A stretch of 64,000 nt of DNA. It comes from Naegleria gruberi (lineage: Eukaryota). Of the stretch, positions 43,122 to 53,342 are shown in pieces. The stretch lies in the NCBI GenBank assembly GCA_000004985.1, contig GG738884.1; one strand, written 5' to 3'. Made by a program: the position numbers and the translations under genes. Numbering within the stretch: the stretch's first letter is position 1; each line of letters opens with the position of its first letter. Below the pieces are notes generated by a model. The model saw only the letters and a program-made list of their open reading frames with translations. It made no database searches and was not told the origin of the DNA.

Positions 43122-44555
43122 TTATTTTGCCTTTCTAATTCTCTGATCGTATAATTCACTCTCAACGAATCTCAAAAACGAATCCTTAATTGCATCTCCT
43201 TCCATGCTAACTTTCACATCATCGAACAATTCAGGAATTGCTCCTTCCTTTTCAAAGGTTGACAAGACTCTCTTTTTCATGGCTGACGAAATGTTAATTT
43301 CCAACATGGAATCCGAATTCAAATATGTATCAATTATATATTGAGCAAGTTGTCTTCTCTTTTTCAGAGTTTTTAATTTCTGATAGGCAGTTGCATGTTC
43401 CCAAAACAGTAAACTTTCAATGGCATAAATTTTGGCAGCAAATAGTTTGAAAACTTTTCGATATTGTGGATTGATTAATGATTCTTCGAGTGAAATGGTA
43501 CACGAGAGGTCAATTTGAGCTGATGTACAACTAAATGATCGTTTGTCTTTCATTTTCATTACTTCTTTTGGGAGAGAAGCAAGTTTTCGAGCCATTGGAT
43601 AATTCTGCAAAAGTTTTTTCATATTTTTTCTTTCCACAAGGTTGACCTGTGAGGTTTCTACAAATTCTGGAACAATTTCTTCCTTATCAATTGATTCTTC
43701 ATCATTTGTTGAAGAATCGTCTGATATACTCAATAAATCGAATAGATTATCACTTCCTTTTCCTTCGACATCAAGTAATAATTCGAGAAAATCTGGAATT
43801 TTCGAAGCTGAATGAGTTACAAATTGATTAACTATTCTGCCATGTGCCACAATGAAAGAACCAGCCAATTGATCTCTATCTGCCTTCTTTGAGGCATCAG
43901 GTGTCAATTTATAACCTTCTGTCAATGACAATTTAAAAGCATCCAAAGTTGACGTGAAAGTTACCATCTTTGTGGCTGAAGGCACAACTCCAAATTGCTT
44001 ATAATAATAAGTACCTTCTGGATCTTCGACTCTTAGAAATTGTTTCATCAGTTTACTCCTTGCACTCTTTTCAAAAGTTACTGACACTGTCTCACTTGTC
44101 AAAGCTTGATTATTGACAGTTATTTCTTTATCTTCCTTCTTTTCCAACTTGATCAATGGCTTAGGCATTCCCTTCTCTGAAAAGAATTCATCAGCTTCTT
44201 CCTTACTTTCTTGATGAACAAAAACGGGCACACAATTCAACTTGATTAAATTTGACAAACAGCTGACAATCTGAACAACACTTTTTTGACAGAAAACACA
44301 ACCAAAATAGCGAAGGAATATGAGAAGGACAATATGCTTTCTACTCAGCTCTTCAACTGTTACTCCAATATTAGTTTTCATTTCGGATAGAAGGTGGTGA
44401 GGTAATCCTTCAATACCAGTTAATTGTATTTGTGATTGAATATCATCGGGATGATAATCTGTTGCGTTATTATCGTTAGGTTCTATGATGATTGCATTGT
44501 CATCATTTTGGGATGTTTCTTTTTGGTTTAGGTTAGTTTCTTCTTGTCCTAACAT
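43122..44555 (-). CDS. protein with N-terminal AhpC-TSA_2-like (C-x-x-C redoxin-like) region and C-terminal RGS domain, 477 aa
   Basis: N-terminal VLLIFLRYFGCVFCQKSVVQI resembles the PF13911/PRXL2-type F.RhFGC.fCr motif. C-terminal PQYRKVFKLFAAKIYAIESLLFWEHATAYQKL is an RGS box. ATG verified. Confidence 0.55.
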   Translation of the reverse strand: MLGQEETNLNQKETSQNDDNAIIIEPNDNNATDYHPDDIQSQIQLTGIEGLPHHLLSEMKTNIGVTVEELSRKHIVLLIFLRYFGCVFCQKSVVQIVSCLSNLIKLNCVPVFVHQESKEEADEFFSEKGMPKPLIKLEKKEDKEITVNNQALTSETVSVTFEKSARSKLMKQFLRVEDPEGTYYYKQFGVVPSATKMVTFTSTLDAFKLSLTEGYKLTPDASKKADRDQLAGSFIVAHGRIVNQFVTHSASKIPDFLELLLDVEGKGSDNLFDLLSISDDSSTNDEESIDKEEIVPEFVETSQVNLVERKNMKKLLQNYPMARKLASLPKEVMKMKDKRSFSCTSAQIDLSCTISLEESLINPQYRKVFKLFAAKIYAIESLLFWEHATAYQKLKTLKKRRQLAQYIIDTYLNSDSMLEINISSAMKKRVLSTFEKEGAIPELFDDVKVSMEGDAIKDSFLRFVESELYDQRIRKAK

Positions 44556-44845
44556 GTTTCCTTCCAGTACAGTTGTGGGATATTATTATTTTGAGGGCTT
44601 GTATGGCTAAAATCTGGTTAGCTGCTTGACCGGTAAAGATGTTAGATAATTTTTTTGAACGTTTTTTTGCATGAAGTTACATGATTTTTCCACCTTCCCA
44701 AAATAAACGAAATGAGATGTTTCTTTGATTTTTTGATTTCGAGAATCCTAAAGTTCGTTGTGGTGATCATCAAGTAGTACAATTGAGTATGATCTAATTC
44801 AATTAAAATGTTAATAAGGAAATTGATAATAATAGTTATTTACAT

Positions 44846-46417
44846 TTATTTACATTTTGGAAATTGATCCATTGCATTTTGAATTAAAACATTGATGGCT
44901 TGAACTTTCTTTGCTGATTTCTTCTTGGTAAGGTAAGAAGCTTTGATTTGTTTCAGATATTGGACACGATCTTCTAGAGCTCCCTTAAGTCTTTGTCTTT
45001 TGAGTTGAGCATGGGAGTGAACATTTCTATCTTCTACGATTCGTAAAGTGACTTCTTCAGAGATGGAGAATAAATTTCCCAATGTTTTGACTCGAGAATT
45101 TTCATCATCGACCATTCTTTCTTCGAGAGCTAGGATCATTCGGACACAATCAGTGAAGGTCTTGTTCATACTGGCATAGAGAGAATCAATGAATATCTTG
45201 TGTCTTTCTAAACAGAGAATGCTCTCGTAGGATTCTAATCTTCCAAGACACATGACAATCTGCTTGCACAATTCAATTTCATCCATGTCGAGCAGTGTGA
45301 AGAAGGTGTTGGTAAAATCAATCTCTCTTGATAGCATTGCATCAGCAATTGAGTGAATCAATTCAGTATTCACTTCAGAGCTCAATGCCTTATCTTTCTT
45401 TGAAGTGTGAATCTTGACCACATTCTTCAATCCTTGATGATCCATAATCAGAGCAATATTGGAAATCAAACTTCTCAATAAATCCTCATCTTCACTAATG
45501 AAAGGAATGACATGCTTGAAATTGATACGTTTCTCCTTCAAAACTTCAATCAGGGTTGCTTCATTCATTATCATTGGAGGCTCGCTAACTATAACTTGCA
45601 CCAGTTCAGTTTCCATTACTTGATCACTCTCCTTCACTGCCTCAAATATTGTTGTCACTGAAGTATTATTCGGACTCAAAGGCTTGGCAATGACTGTCTT
45701 GACTACCACTTGTGAAGGACTTGCCGATTGAACTTTCTGCTTTTTTCTTGCAGGTGAGAATGAATCCGAAACATTAGGCTTTCTAAAATTCACCACCACA
45801 GTTTTAACATTCTTATCAACAATAATCTTTGGAATCTCTTCAATTAATTGAATAAATTCTCCAACATTATAATAAAAGCTTCCAACAACGAGAGTTTGCT
45901 TCTCTCCAGGAACTGAAAATTCATACACTTTCTTTCCGAATACATGATACAATTCAATTCTTTCATCATTTTCCCAACAATGACTGTAAATAGGCTTACA
46001 CCAATAATCCAATTCATTTCTATTCACCCAACTACACTTAACATCATCGCCACGTTCAACATGAAACTCAATCATATTCTCTGATCGGTCCTTTCTGCAG
46101 GTTCCTCTGTACAAATAATGAAGATCGGATCGTTTTAAATAAACTCTTGCTCCCAAATTAATTTCATTAAAATCTCTCGTGTACATCATCTTGTAGATGG
46201 TCAGCAATTGATTTCTTAATTTCATTGGAGGATCAATTCTAATAGGAGTTGACCACAATCTTCTACAAATTGAATCGCCAGAAGAAAGTGAATTCACCAA
46301 GTAGGTGGTATAGGTATTGTCGCAAAGAACATCCATGATGAATTGTTTTTCTTCAGTGAGGCTTCTTGCAAGAGAGAGGAATTGATTGTTAGGAAGAGTT
46401 TGATGTTGTTGAGACAT
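44846..46417 (-). CDS. hypothetical protein, 523 aa
   Basis: Long ORF. N-terminal ~200 aa globular and C/W-rich; K-rich linker with PNVSDSFSPARKKQKVQSASPSQ; alpha-helical C-terminal half. No family recognised. Confidence 0.4.
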   Translation of the reverse strand: MSQQHQTLPNNQFLSLARSLTEEKQFIMDVLCDNTYTTYLVNSLSSGDSICRRLWSTPIRIDPPMKLRNQLLTIYKMMYTRDFNEINLGARVYLKRSDLHYLYRGTCRKDRSENMIEFHVERGDDVKCSWVNRNELDYWCKPIYSHCWENDERIELYHVFGKKVYEFSVPGEKQTLVVGSFYYNVGEFIQLIEEIPKIIVDKNVKTVVVNFRKPNVSDSFSPARKKQKVQSASPSQVVVKTVIAKPLSPNNTSVTTIFEAVKESDQVMETELVQVIVSEPPMIMNEATLIEVLKEKRINFKHVIPFISEDEDLLRSLISNIALIMDHQGLKNVVKIHTSKKDKALSSEVNTELIHSIADAMLSREIDFTNTFFTLLDMDEIELCKQIVMCLGRLESYESILCLERHKIFIDSLYASMNKTFTDCVRMILALEERMVDDENSRVKTLGNLFSISEEVTLRIVEDRNVHSHAQLKRQRLKGALEDRVQYLKQIKASYLTKKKSAKKVQAINVLIQNAMDQFPKCK

Positions 46418-46789
46418 TTTTTTTTGAAATTATTTGGAGGCTTGTTCTTGTTTTTGCTCGCAGTTTTTATAGCTTTGAAAAACAAAATATTTTGTGGATA
46501 TTTTTAAGGTTGTGCGAACACAATAAAATGAATTTTGTGAAGAAGCAATTAAAATTGTTTTTTTCAAAGTTGTTGTGGTGGAAATTAATGAAATGGTTGG
46601 GAAACGTGTGAGTGTTGTTTTTGGTAAGAACGTGCTTGGGAATTCATTTACAATACTAATATTTGAAAATGTCACGTTGCTTGAGAACAAGTGTTCACAC
46701 GTTTACTTAACCACCTTCCAAGTTTATATTAAATCATATTTACAATACCATTGAAGGTAGTAAATTGGTCTGGGTTGGTTTCAAAACAA

Positions 46790-46865
46790 TAAAAAATTGA
46801 TGAACGGATTGTTACCAAGCTCGGAGTGATGGGTGTTACCGAAGTGACAATCAAAATTCCAACCA
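46790..46865 (+). pseudogene. ~75-nt duplicated fragment of the 5' end of the gene at 47838
   Basis: ttgatgaacggattgttaccaagctcggagtgatgggtgttaccgaagtgacaatcaaaattccaaccaaatt versus atgattgaacagattgttaagaagcacggagtgatgggtgttacagaagtgactatcaaaattccaaccaaatt at 47838-47910, ~85% identity. The copy has no ATG and an early stop. Confidence 0.5.
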
Positions 46866-47837
46866 AATTAAGCCATAAAAGGAATTGATATTAATCGAAA
46901 ATCATCAAGAATGAACGTACTCTTTTCATCATGTTTCTTAATGTTGTCATGTTGCTTAGTTGCACAGTTTCCAACTCTGAAAAAGCAGGATAAAGTGGTG
47001 TTCAATTCGTTGAGTTTATTTCCTGGTCTGTTCAGTTACCTGTTGAGAGTTACCCTCATTCTCTAACTGTTTCTTCGATAATGATCTCTTGATTGATGTA
47101 ATGTTAATAGTATTAATTGGAAGATTTCACATCTCAAAATTGTAGCCGGAAAGATTTTTGTTCCAAATTCTTTACTGGAATTTCCAGACTTCTTTTTCAA
47201 GGTAGTAAAACTCCAGCTATTTTGATATGAGCTGATGAAATACCTTCTATCTCAATTAATTTGACAGATATTGAAATAATAAATTGTACAGAGAGAGAAT
47301 ATATTACTGGTAATCTATCTTCTTCTAATGAATGTTTCTCATCCCTTATTCATTGAATATAATAGTAAAGTATCACAAATATTAAAAGTAATATATCCAA
47401 TAGTGAAAATTACAGTAAAAGATAATTATCTGGTAGAGAATGGATGAATGACATGCTATTCGTGATGTTTCAGTGAGAAGTCAATATCCACATCATGATA
47501 AAAACAATAAAAACATGAAAATATCAGATATCCATGATTTTCACAAATTATGCTACAGGGCGCAGGAGTTACCTTACTGTATTTGAAGAATTCTAGTGTA
47601 TTTTCAGAGCTGTACAGACAGGCAGAAGAATGTGACGAATCTATCAATTACCAGAAATCGATGAAAAGTTTAGTTTGGAGTAACGCAGAATTTGGCCAAA
47701 TGGTCATGAAAATGGTAGATTTAAATCCAAAAACAGGCCTTCAGCTCACTATTTAGAGAATTATTTCCCAATCCTAATTGATAATATGGAGTAGATAAAT
47801 CTCAATCTTGGGATTTGTTACAAAAAACTTAAAAAAA

Positions 47838-48530
47838 ATGATTGAACAGATTGTTAAGAAGCACGGAGTGATGGGTGTTACAGAAGTGACTATCAAAATT
47901 CCAACCAAATTTACATTTACTCCTTTTGAATATTGTACCTCTATCTATCGATTACTTTCTCGAATCGTGAATTTTCAGAATAATTTGATCAAGAATTTGA
48001 TGAATAATTCATTTCATGATATTGATATCATCACGGAAGGGAATAATTCAGCAAGTAATTCCTTCAAATTGCTACAAATTTATCCAACCAACAGGAATAG
48101 TAGGGAATCTATTAATTTATTGACCTTTTATATATCTACGGAATGTTTGAAGAAATCTTTGGATGGGAAATATTCGGAAAGTCTTTGTTATTATTCTCCT
48201 CTTCAGAAATTTAATATTGATTTTACAAATTATCAAAATCTTACTCGGGAGACTTTATTTAAAATTATAATGACATGTGAATCAATTAATGAAATATCTG
48301 AATGGGATATGGACAAGAAATTGGTAGATATCAGTTCAGAGCATCCAGAGACAATAATCAATTCAGTATTTCCTTTACTATTTGGATTTGAAAAGGGGAA
48401 GAGTGATTATTTTACACCTATGGAAAGTGTGATTGATAATTGTATTCGTAATTTTCTTAAATCTGCTAGTAAGGGATTTTTTGAAAAGGTTAGGATTAAG
48501 AAGGTAGCAGAAGCAGCAATTAAATTGTAA
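47838..48530 (+). CDS. hypothetical protein, ~230 aa
   Basis: The ORF-track start at 47808 is probably not ATG; the first ATG is at ~47838 (MIEQIVKKHGVMGVTEVTIKIPTKF...). No domain recognised. Confidence 0.4.
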   Translation: MIEQIVKKHGVMGVTEVTIKIPTKFTFTPFEYCTSIYRLLSRIVNFQNNLIKNLMNNSFHDIDIITEGNNSASNSFKLLQIYPTNRNSRESINLLTFYISTECLKKSLDGKYSESLCYYSPLQKFNIDFTNYQNLTRETLFKIIMTCESINEISEWDMDKKLVDISSEHPETIINSVFPLLFGFEKGKSDYFTPMESVIDNCIRNFLKSASKGFFEKVRIKKVAEAAIKL

Positions 48531-48585
48531 TATAAAATTAAATAATATTAAATATTTAAAAATTACAAAAAATATTTTCAAAAAA

Positions 48586-48837
48586 ATGTCATCAATCACA
48601 CCAGCGGGAGGTGTTAAAAATCAACAACAACAACCCCAACTTAACCTTCTTCCATCTTCGCTCAACAATAGTATCATGATGGATTTGGATGATGATGAAT
48701 TAACCAGTACATCAACACTCAACACTTCAACTTCCTATCACAATAATCATCGAACAATTTCTCATCAATTCCTTGCCTCTTCTTCCTCTCTTCATAATCG
48801 ATTCGGTTCCACATCATCTAATAATAATAATAATTAA
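48586..48837 (+). CDS. short S/N-rich ORF of 83 aa, possibly the 5' portion of the following giant gene displaced by a frameshift in an AAT/TAA simple repeat, or spurious
   Basis: ATG-initiated. Ends in an (AAT)n/TTAATTAAT low-complexity tract 60 nt before the large ORF opens in another frame. No GT donor is available to splice them. Confidence 0.2.
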   Translation: MSSITPAGGVKNQQQQPQLNLLPSSLNNSIMMDLDDDELTSTSTLNTSTSYHNNHRTISHQFLASSSSLHNRFGSTSSNNNNN

Positions 48838-48911
48838 TTAATAATAATAATAATGGAAAATATCAAGCAGCCGATTCCGATGATGAACATGAAGAAGATT
48901 TGCAGAGTTTC

Positions 48912-51900
48912 ATGTTGGAGAGTAGTACTGAACCGAATATGATCATCGGATCGGCACGAGTTGAAGCAGATGATGATGATCACCATCAAGAACCCTATAA
49001 ACAATACTTGTCATCAATTTTAGATGAAATTTCGGATGAATCATCCAATGATGATGAAAGTGGTGTCGATGAACAAAATCAACAAAAGAGAAATGGAGCA
49101 GCAGCATTGGTGAACAAACAAGCAACAAGTAAGAAACGAAAAATTACTGTAAAAACAATATTGAGAGATGATGGACCAACACAAATGGTTACTACAGGTG
49201 CTAGTGGCCATAAACAACAAGAAGATAATGATGACAATTACTACTCGGATGAATTTATGGAAGAGGAGAATGAAGCAATTTTCATGTCAAATCCGTATGC
49301 TTCATTGATGCCCTCCTCATCCAACAGCACACCAACAACAACATTGGAAAACAATGAAAAACAAAGGAAACCAAATTCGAATACTGCAAACACTGGTGGA
49401 CAACAATCACTCTACTTTTCACCGTCGAATATTTTGTTGGATATGAAATTAGAAGATTCTGAACGATTTGAAATTCTAAAGCAAGCCAGTGTTTTGGAAC
49501 AGACTAAATATCAATTGCAGAAATTGTTCATTCCCTATGATCCATCGAATAAGAGAGCTTCATTGAATAATCAACAACTTTCGAATAATCATCATGTAAC
49601 TCATCATCACCATCATCATGGAAGAAAACATCAAGATTTGGTAACAGTTCTCACAGTACCATCCGAAGAGGAATATGAAAAGAAAAAGATACTCCTGAGA
49701 ACTCTTCGTGTTAAGCACACTGACAAGGTCATTGACTCAATTTTAAATTCACCACATTCTTCAGCAGTTTCTTCTTCTTCTTCTGATAATGAGGAAGAGG
49801 ACTACAGAGGTAATGAAATTGCAAATATTGTAAAACATGCCAGAAACAACAAGTTTGACTCTGATGATGACAATTTATCCACTTCAACAACTTCTGAAAT
49901 GGGATCGGACTATATTCACAATCTCATCAATAATGGTGATATAGAAGATGATGATTCATTGGCATCAGATGATTATGATCCAGAGGCACTTCAACAAGGA
50001 TCAATCAGTCGTCAAAATTCCTCACAACAATTAGTCAAAAATACTGAGGAAGCTAGAGCTCTGATAACAGCCATGAGAAAGAAGAATATCAAGGATTTGA
50101 AGGAATTCAATTCTATTGATAATTGGAAAGATTATTATGGAGGGGTAGTGGCTCACAACCTGTCCATGATTAAGCTCGACATGATCAAATCAATTAATGA
50201 ATATTTGGAGTTGCATCGTCAAGAAATTGGTATTTGTAAAGTAATCAAAGTTTCCTCTACCATTTTGGCTATTGGTACATCTAATGGAACAACAGTTATA
50301 TTTTCCAATAGCAGCAGTAAGGTAGCTCACTTGAAATTGACCAAACAAGGAAAGGGAACACCAACAAAGAATCCACAACCAATTGTAAATCAATATAACA
50401 GTGTAACTTGTATGGATATTACATCGACAGGAAATTACGTTGTTTGTGGCTATGAATACGGTGATATAGCCTTTTGGAGTATTCAAAATGGTGGTGAGTT
50501 AATCAAGAGAATTAATGGTAAAGGAGAGGAAAATGTAAATAGTAATAGTTCAGAGTTCATGACACCAGTAGATAATATTCAATTTGTAAAAAATAATCCT
50601 TTCAAGGTACTTGTTTCTAGTCAAGGAGCTGTCAAGTTGATAACACTCAAGGAAAAGTTAATCAAATTGGGAGGAAATTCATACGTGTATGATAGTTTAC
50701 GAGTCACTGATGACAATTTTGATAGAGTAGTCGATGTGAAAATTCTTGCAGAAGGAGAAGCTTATCACGCTAGTAATGATTACCTTGTTGTTGCTATGGC
50801 AACAAGTATGGGAGTTTTTGTAATGGCTCTTGAACCATTCGTAAAGATTCTTTGCTTTTTATCTAAACCTGAGGAAGTTTCTCCAACCACACTTCCCTAT
50901 CTGTCTTGGAGAAAAGTTTTGGCTCCAATTCAGCTGGCAACCTCCCACGAAACTACACTCAACCAAATTTTAAGACTCAATAAGACTAAACCACCTCTGT
51001 TAGCTATTGCTTGGGGTAATATTTTGAATATTTTCCAATTGGAGGTGGAACCTCAACCAAAAGGATCAGTTCCAAACGACAGTGTAAATAGTGAAATGTT
51101 CAGAGTTTCATGTATGGAATTTAAGAATGATTTGATTGGAGCATTATGGTGTGGAGAGCAAGTCATGCTTTTATTGGACAGAGAGCATCAACTGCTTGTT
51201 GTTGATCCATTCGCAACAAAGAATGTCGAAGAGAGAAAGATTACATTCGAAATACCAACAAAAGCTACACAGGAGAAGGTAATTTCAACTCACCACCTAA
51301 CCTATCACTCCAGATTCGATGTAAAGAGTAATGATGGAAAATTTACTCTCCATCCTGTTCCATCTTTTCATTCTACTCTTTGTACTAGAGCTTCATCTGT
51401 TGATGGAGTTGCCTATTTATTGTGTGATAACGATATGAATATTAATAATCAAGTTGTTATCACTGTAAAAGTGTTGAGTTGGAAGGAAAGAATTGATCAG
51501 CTATTGGATATGGGATCTTGGAATCATGCACTCAAGATGGCTCTCAATTTCTATCAAGGAAGAGGTATTGCTGTTATTGGTCTGCCAACCGATTCCAGTC
51601 TCAGAAAACAATTGGCTGGTGATGTTATTGGAGATATTTTACAGGGCTATGTAGATTATTATACTTCTCAAGTTAACACTCCAGGAGATCAAGATGAAAT
51701 GTCTGATAATGGAATTGATGAGTATTATACAGAACTTGCCAAGACATGTATTAGGTATTCGATAGAGATTGAAAAATCTGACAAGATTTTCACAACCTTC
51801 TATGAAATATTTAAAGGGAAAAACAAGGAACGACTTTTCATTTCAATTATTCAAGAGTATATCATCAAAGGTTTATTAATATCGAGCGAGTCTGAAATTG

Positions 51901-53342
51901 TTATTGTTCCCAATAATTTCGTGGATAAGATTATTCAACAACATTTGGAAATTTATCAAGCTTCTAACATGCCAGCTCTCGAGAATTTCCTTCTTTGCTT
52001 GGAATATAATGATCATTTGAGTACGGATGAGTATGCCAATGTAGAATTTTGCAAACAATTAATTGAAAAGTGTATTAGACTGAGAATGTTCAAAGCCATG
52101 GTTATTATTTACAATAAGGGATTGGACGACTATGTTACTCCGCTTAAAGAATTATTGACCATTGTTTTTGATCCAAATAATAATTCGCAAGGAGACAGGC
52201 CTGCATGTATTGAGTTGGTTTTCGAATATTTGGAAAAGCTATTCATTCAAGGAACTTCCATTACGAATAATCGTATTTCTGCTGGACTTCTCTATGACAT
52301 CAAACTCCAAGTTTTGAATACCATCTTTAAAGCCAATGAGAATATTAGAGACCAATTCTCTAGCTCTGCAATGCCATTCAAGTCATCAGCGCTCTCTAAG
52401 AACTTTTCCTACAAGAAGTATTACATGCTCTCTCGGCTGCTCATCTTATCTGCCAAGAGATTCTTTGCTTGGTTAGAAAAGGTCAACAATGATAGTTCTT
52501 CATCTAGTTTATGGTACTCTACTGAGGAAAAGGAGGTTTTAGCTCATCCACTATTCAAGCCAATCACCAAACAAGAGTTAACGAATTGTTTGATTTATAT
52601 TTTCAGCTACTTGTCTGGAATTGAAAATCCTTTCTCTCCGTGGGAAATGAAAACAAAGAAATTTACCATAGAGGAGGAACAATCACCACAAGCACATTGG
52701 GCTCCAAATCTAGAAGATACTGTCTACTTTTCATTATTCTTAGCTGAACAATTGTCCAAGTCTGGAAAACAAGCTATTGATAAGAATTCAATCTTTGTCT
52801 CTGTGGATACTCTTCATAGAATTTTTTCCACGTTATGTTATGAAGGAAACTTGTTTGATGATGATATTGCCACCACACAATTGGAACTGGTTGAAATTTT
52901 AACCAATGCTCATCATATTATTGACAGAGACATTTCAAAGGAGCTAATTAACATTGAAGAGCTGATAACATCATGTAGAAATTCCAGATTTCACAAGGTC
53001 CTCATATATCTCTACTCTTTGAAAGGAGATTACGAAAAGTTATTGGATGCCTATTTGGCAGATAAGGAGTTACGTGGTGGAGTTTTTACATTCATCAACA
53101 ATCTCACCAAAGTAGAATCGAACTATACAAGTAAGGAAAATAGCTCACTCTTCAATCTTTCAGAGAAGAATCTTCTCAATAAGGAGCAAATCTATTCTAG
53201 AATCAAAATAGCCACCATCAACCATCTCTCACAGCTCATTGAATGTGACAGTGATGCCACAGCTCACTTGATTATTATGCATTTGGAAATACAAGCGATT
53301 CAATGCATGAATTATGAAACGAAAGGGTCTCACATTGGATAG
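48912..53342 (+). CDS. N-terminal and middle part (~1476 aa) of a VPS8-like CORVET/HOPS-type tethering subunit, with an acidic/S-rich N-terminal extension, beta-propeller and alpha-solenoid. Probably continuous with the next ORF.
   Basis: The ORF-track start at 48900 is TTG; the first ATG is at 48912. WD-like propeller blades (ILAIGTSNGTTVIFS...; VTCMDITSTGNYVVCGYEYGDIAFWSIQNGGEL; VLVSSQGAVKLITL) precede long helical repeats. The ORF ends at TAG 53340-53342, 29 nt inside the start of the next ORF. Confidence 0.45.
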   Translation: MLESSTEPNMIIGSARVEADDDDHHQEPYKQYLSSILDEISDESSNDDESGVDEQNQQKRNGAAALVNKQATSKKRKITVKTILRDDGPTQMVTTGASGHKQQEDNDDNYYSDEFMEEENEAIFMSNPYASLMPSSSNSTPTTTLENNEKQRKPNSNTANTGGQQSLYFSPSNILLDMKLEDSERFEILKQASVLEQTKYQLQKLFIPYDPSNKRASLNNQQLSNNHHVTHHHHHHGRKHQDLVTVLTVPSEEEYEKKKILLRTLRVKHTDKVIDSILNSPHSSAVSSSSSDNEEEDYRGNEIANIVKHARNNKFDSDDDNLSTSTTSEMGSDYIHNLINNGDIEDDDSLASDDYDPEALQQGSISRQNSSQQLVKNTEEARALITAMRKKNIKDLKEFNSIDNWKDYYGGVVAHNLSMIKLDMIKSINEYLELHRQEIGICKVIKVSSTILAIGTSNGTTVIFSNSSSKVAHLKLTKQGKGTPTKNPQPIVNQYNSVTCMDITSTGNYVVCGYEYGDIAFWSIQNGGELIKRINGKGEENVNSNSSEFMTPVDNIQFVKNNPFKVLVSSQGAVKLITLKEKLIKLGGNSYVYDSLRVTDDNFDRVVDVKILAEGEAYHASNDYLVVAMATSMGVFVMALEPFVKILCFLSKPEEVSPTTLPYLSWRKVLAPIQLATSHETTLNQILRLNKTKPPLLAIAWGNILNIFQLEVEPQPKGSVPNDSVNSEMFRVSCMEFKNDLIGALWCGEQVMLLLDREHQLLVVDPFATKNVEERKITFEIPTKATQEKVISTHHLTYHSRFDVKSNDGKFTLHPVPSFHSTLCTRASSVDGVAYLLCDNDMNINNQVVITVKVLSWKERIDQLLDMGSWNHALKMALNFYQGRGIAVIGLPTDSSLRKQLAGDVIGDILQGYVDYYTSQVNTPGDQDEMSDNGIDEYYTELAKTCIRYSIEIEKSDKIFTTFYEIFKGKNKERLFISIIQEYIIKGLLISSESEIVIVPNNFVDKIIQQHLEIYQASNMPALENFLLCLEYNDHLSTDEYANVEFCKQLIEKCIRLRMFKAMVIIYNKGLDDYVTPLKELLTIVFDPNNNSQGDRPACIELVFEYLEKLFIQGTSITNNRISAGLLYDIKLQVLNTIFKANENIRDQFSSSAMPFKSSALSKNFSYKKYYMLSRLLILSAKRFFAWLEKVNNDSSSSSLWYSTEEKEVLAHPLFKPITKQELTNCLIYIFSYLSGIENPFSPWEMKTKKFTIEEEQSPQAHWAPNLEDTVYFSLFLAEQLSKSGKQAIDKNSIFVSVDTLHRIFSTLCYEGNLFDDDIATTQLELVEILTNAHHIIDRDISKELINIEELITSCRNSRFHKVLIYLYSLKGDYEKLLDAYLADKELRGGVFTFINNLTKVESNYTSKENSSLFNLSEKNLLNKEQIYSRIKIATINHLSQLIECDSDATAHLIIMHLEIQAIQCMNYETKGSHIG

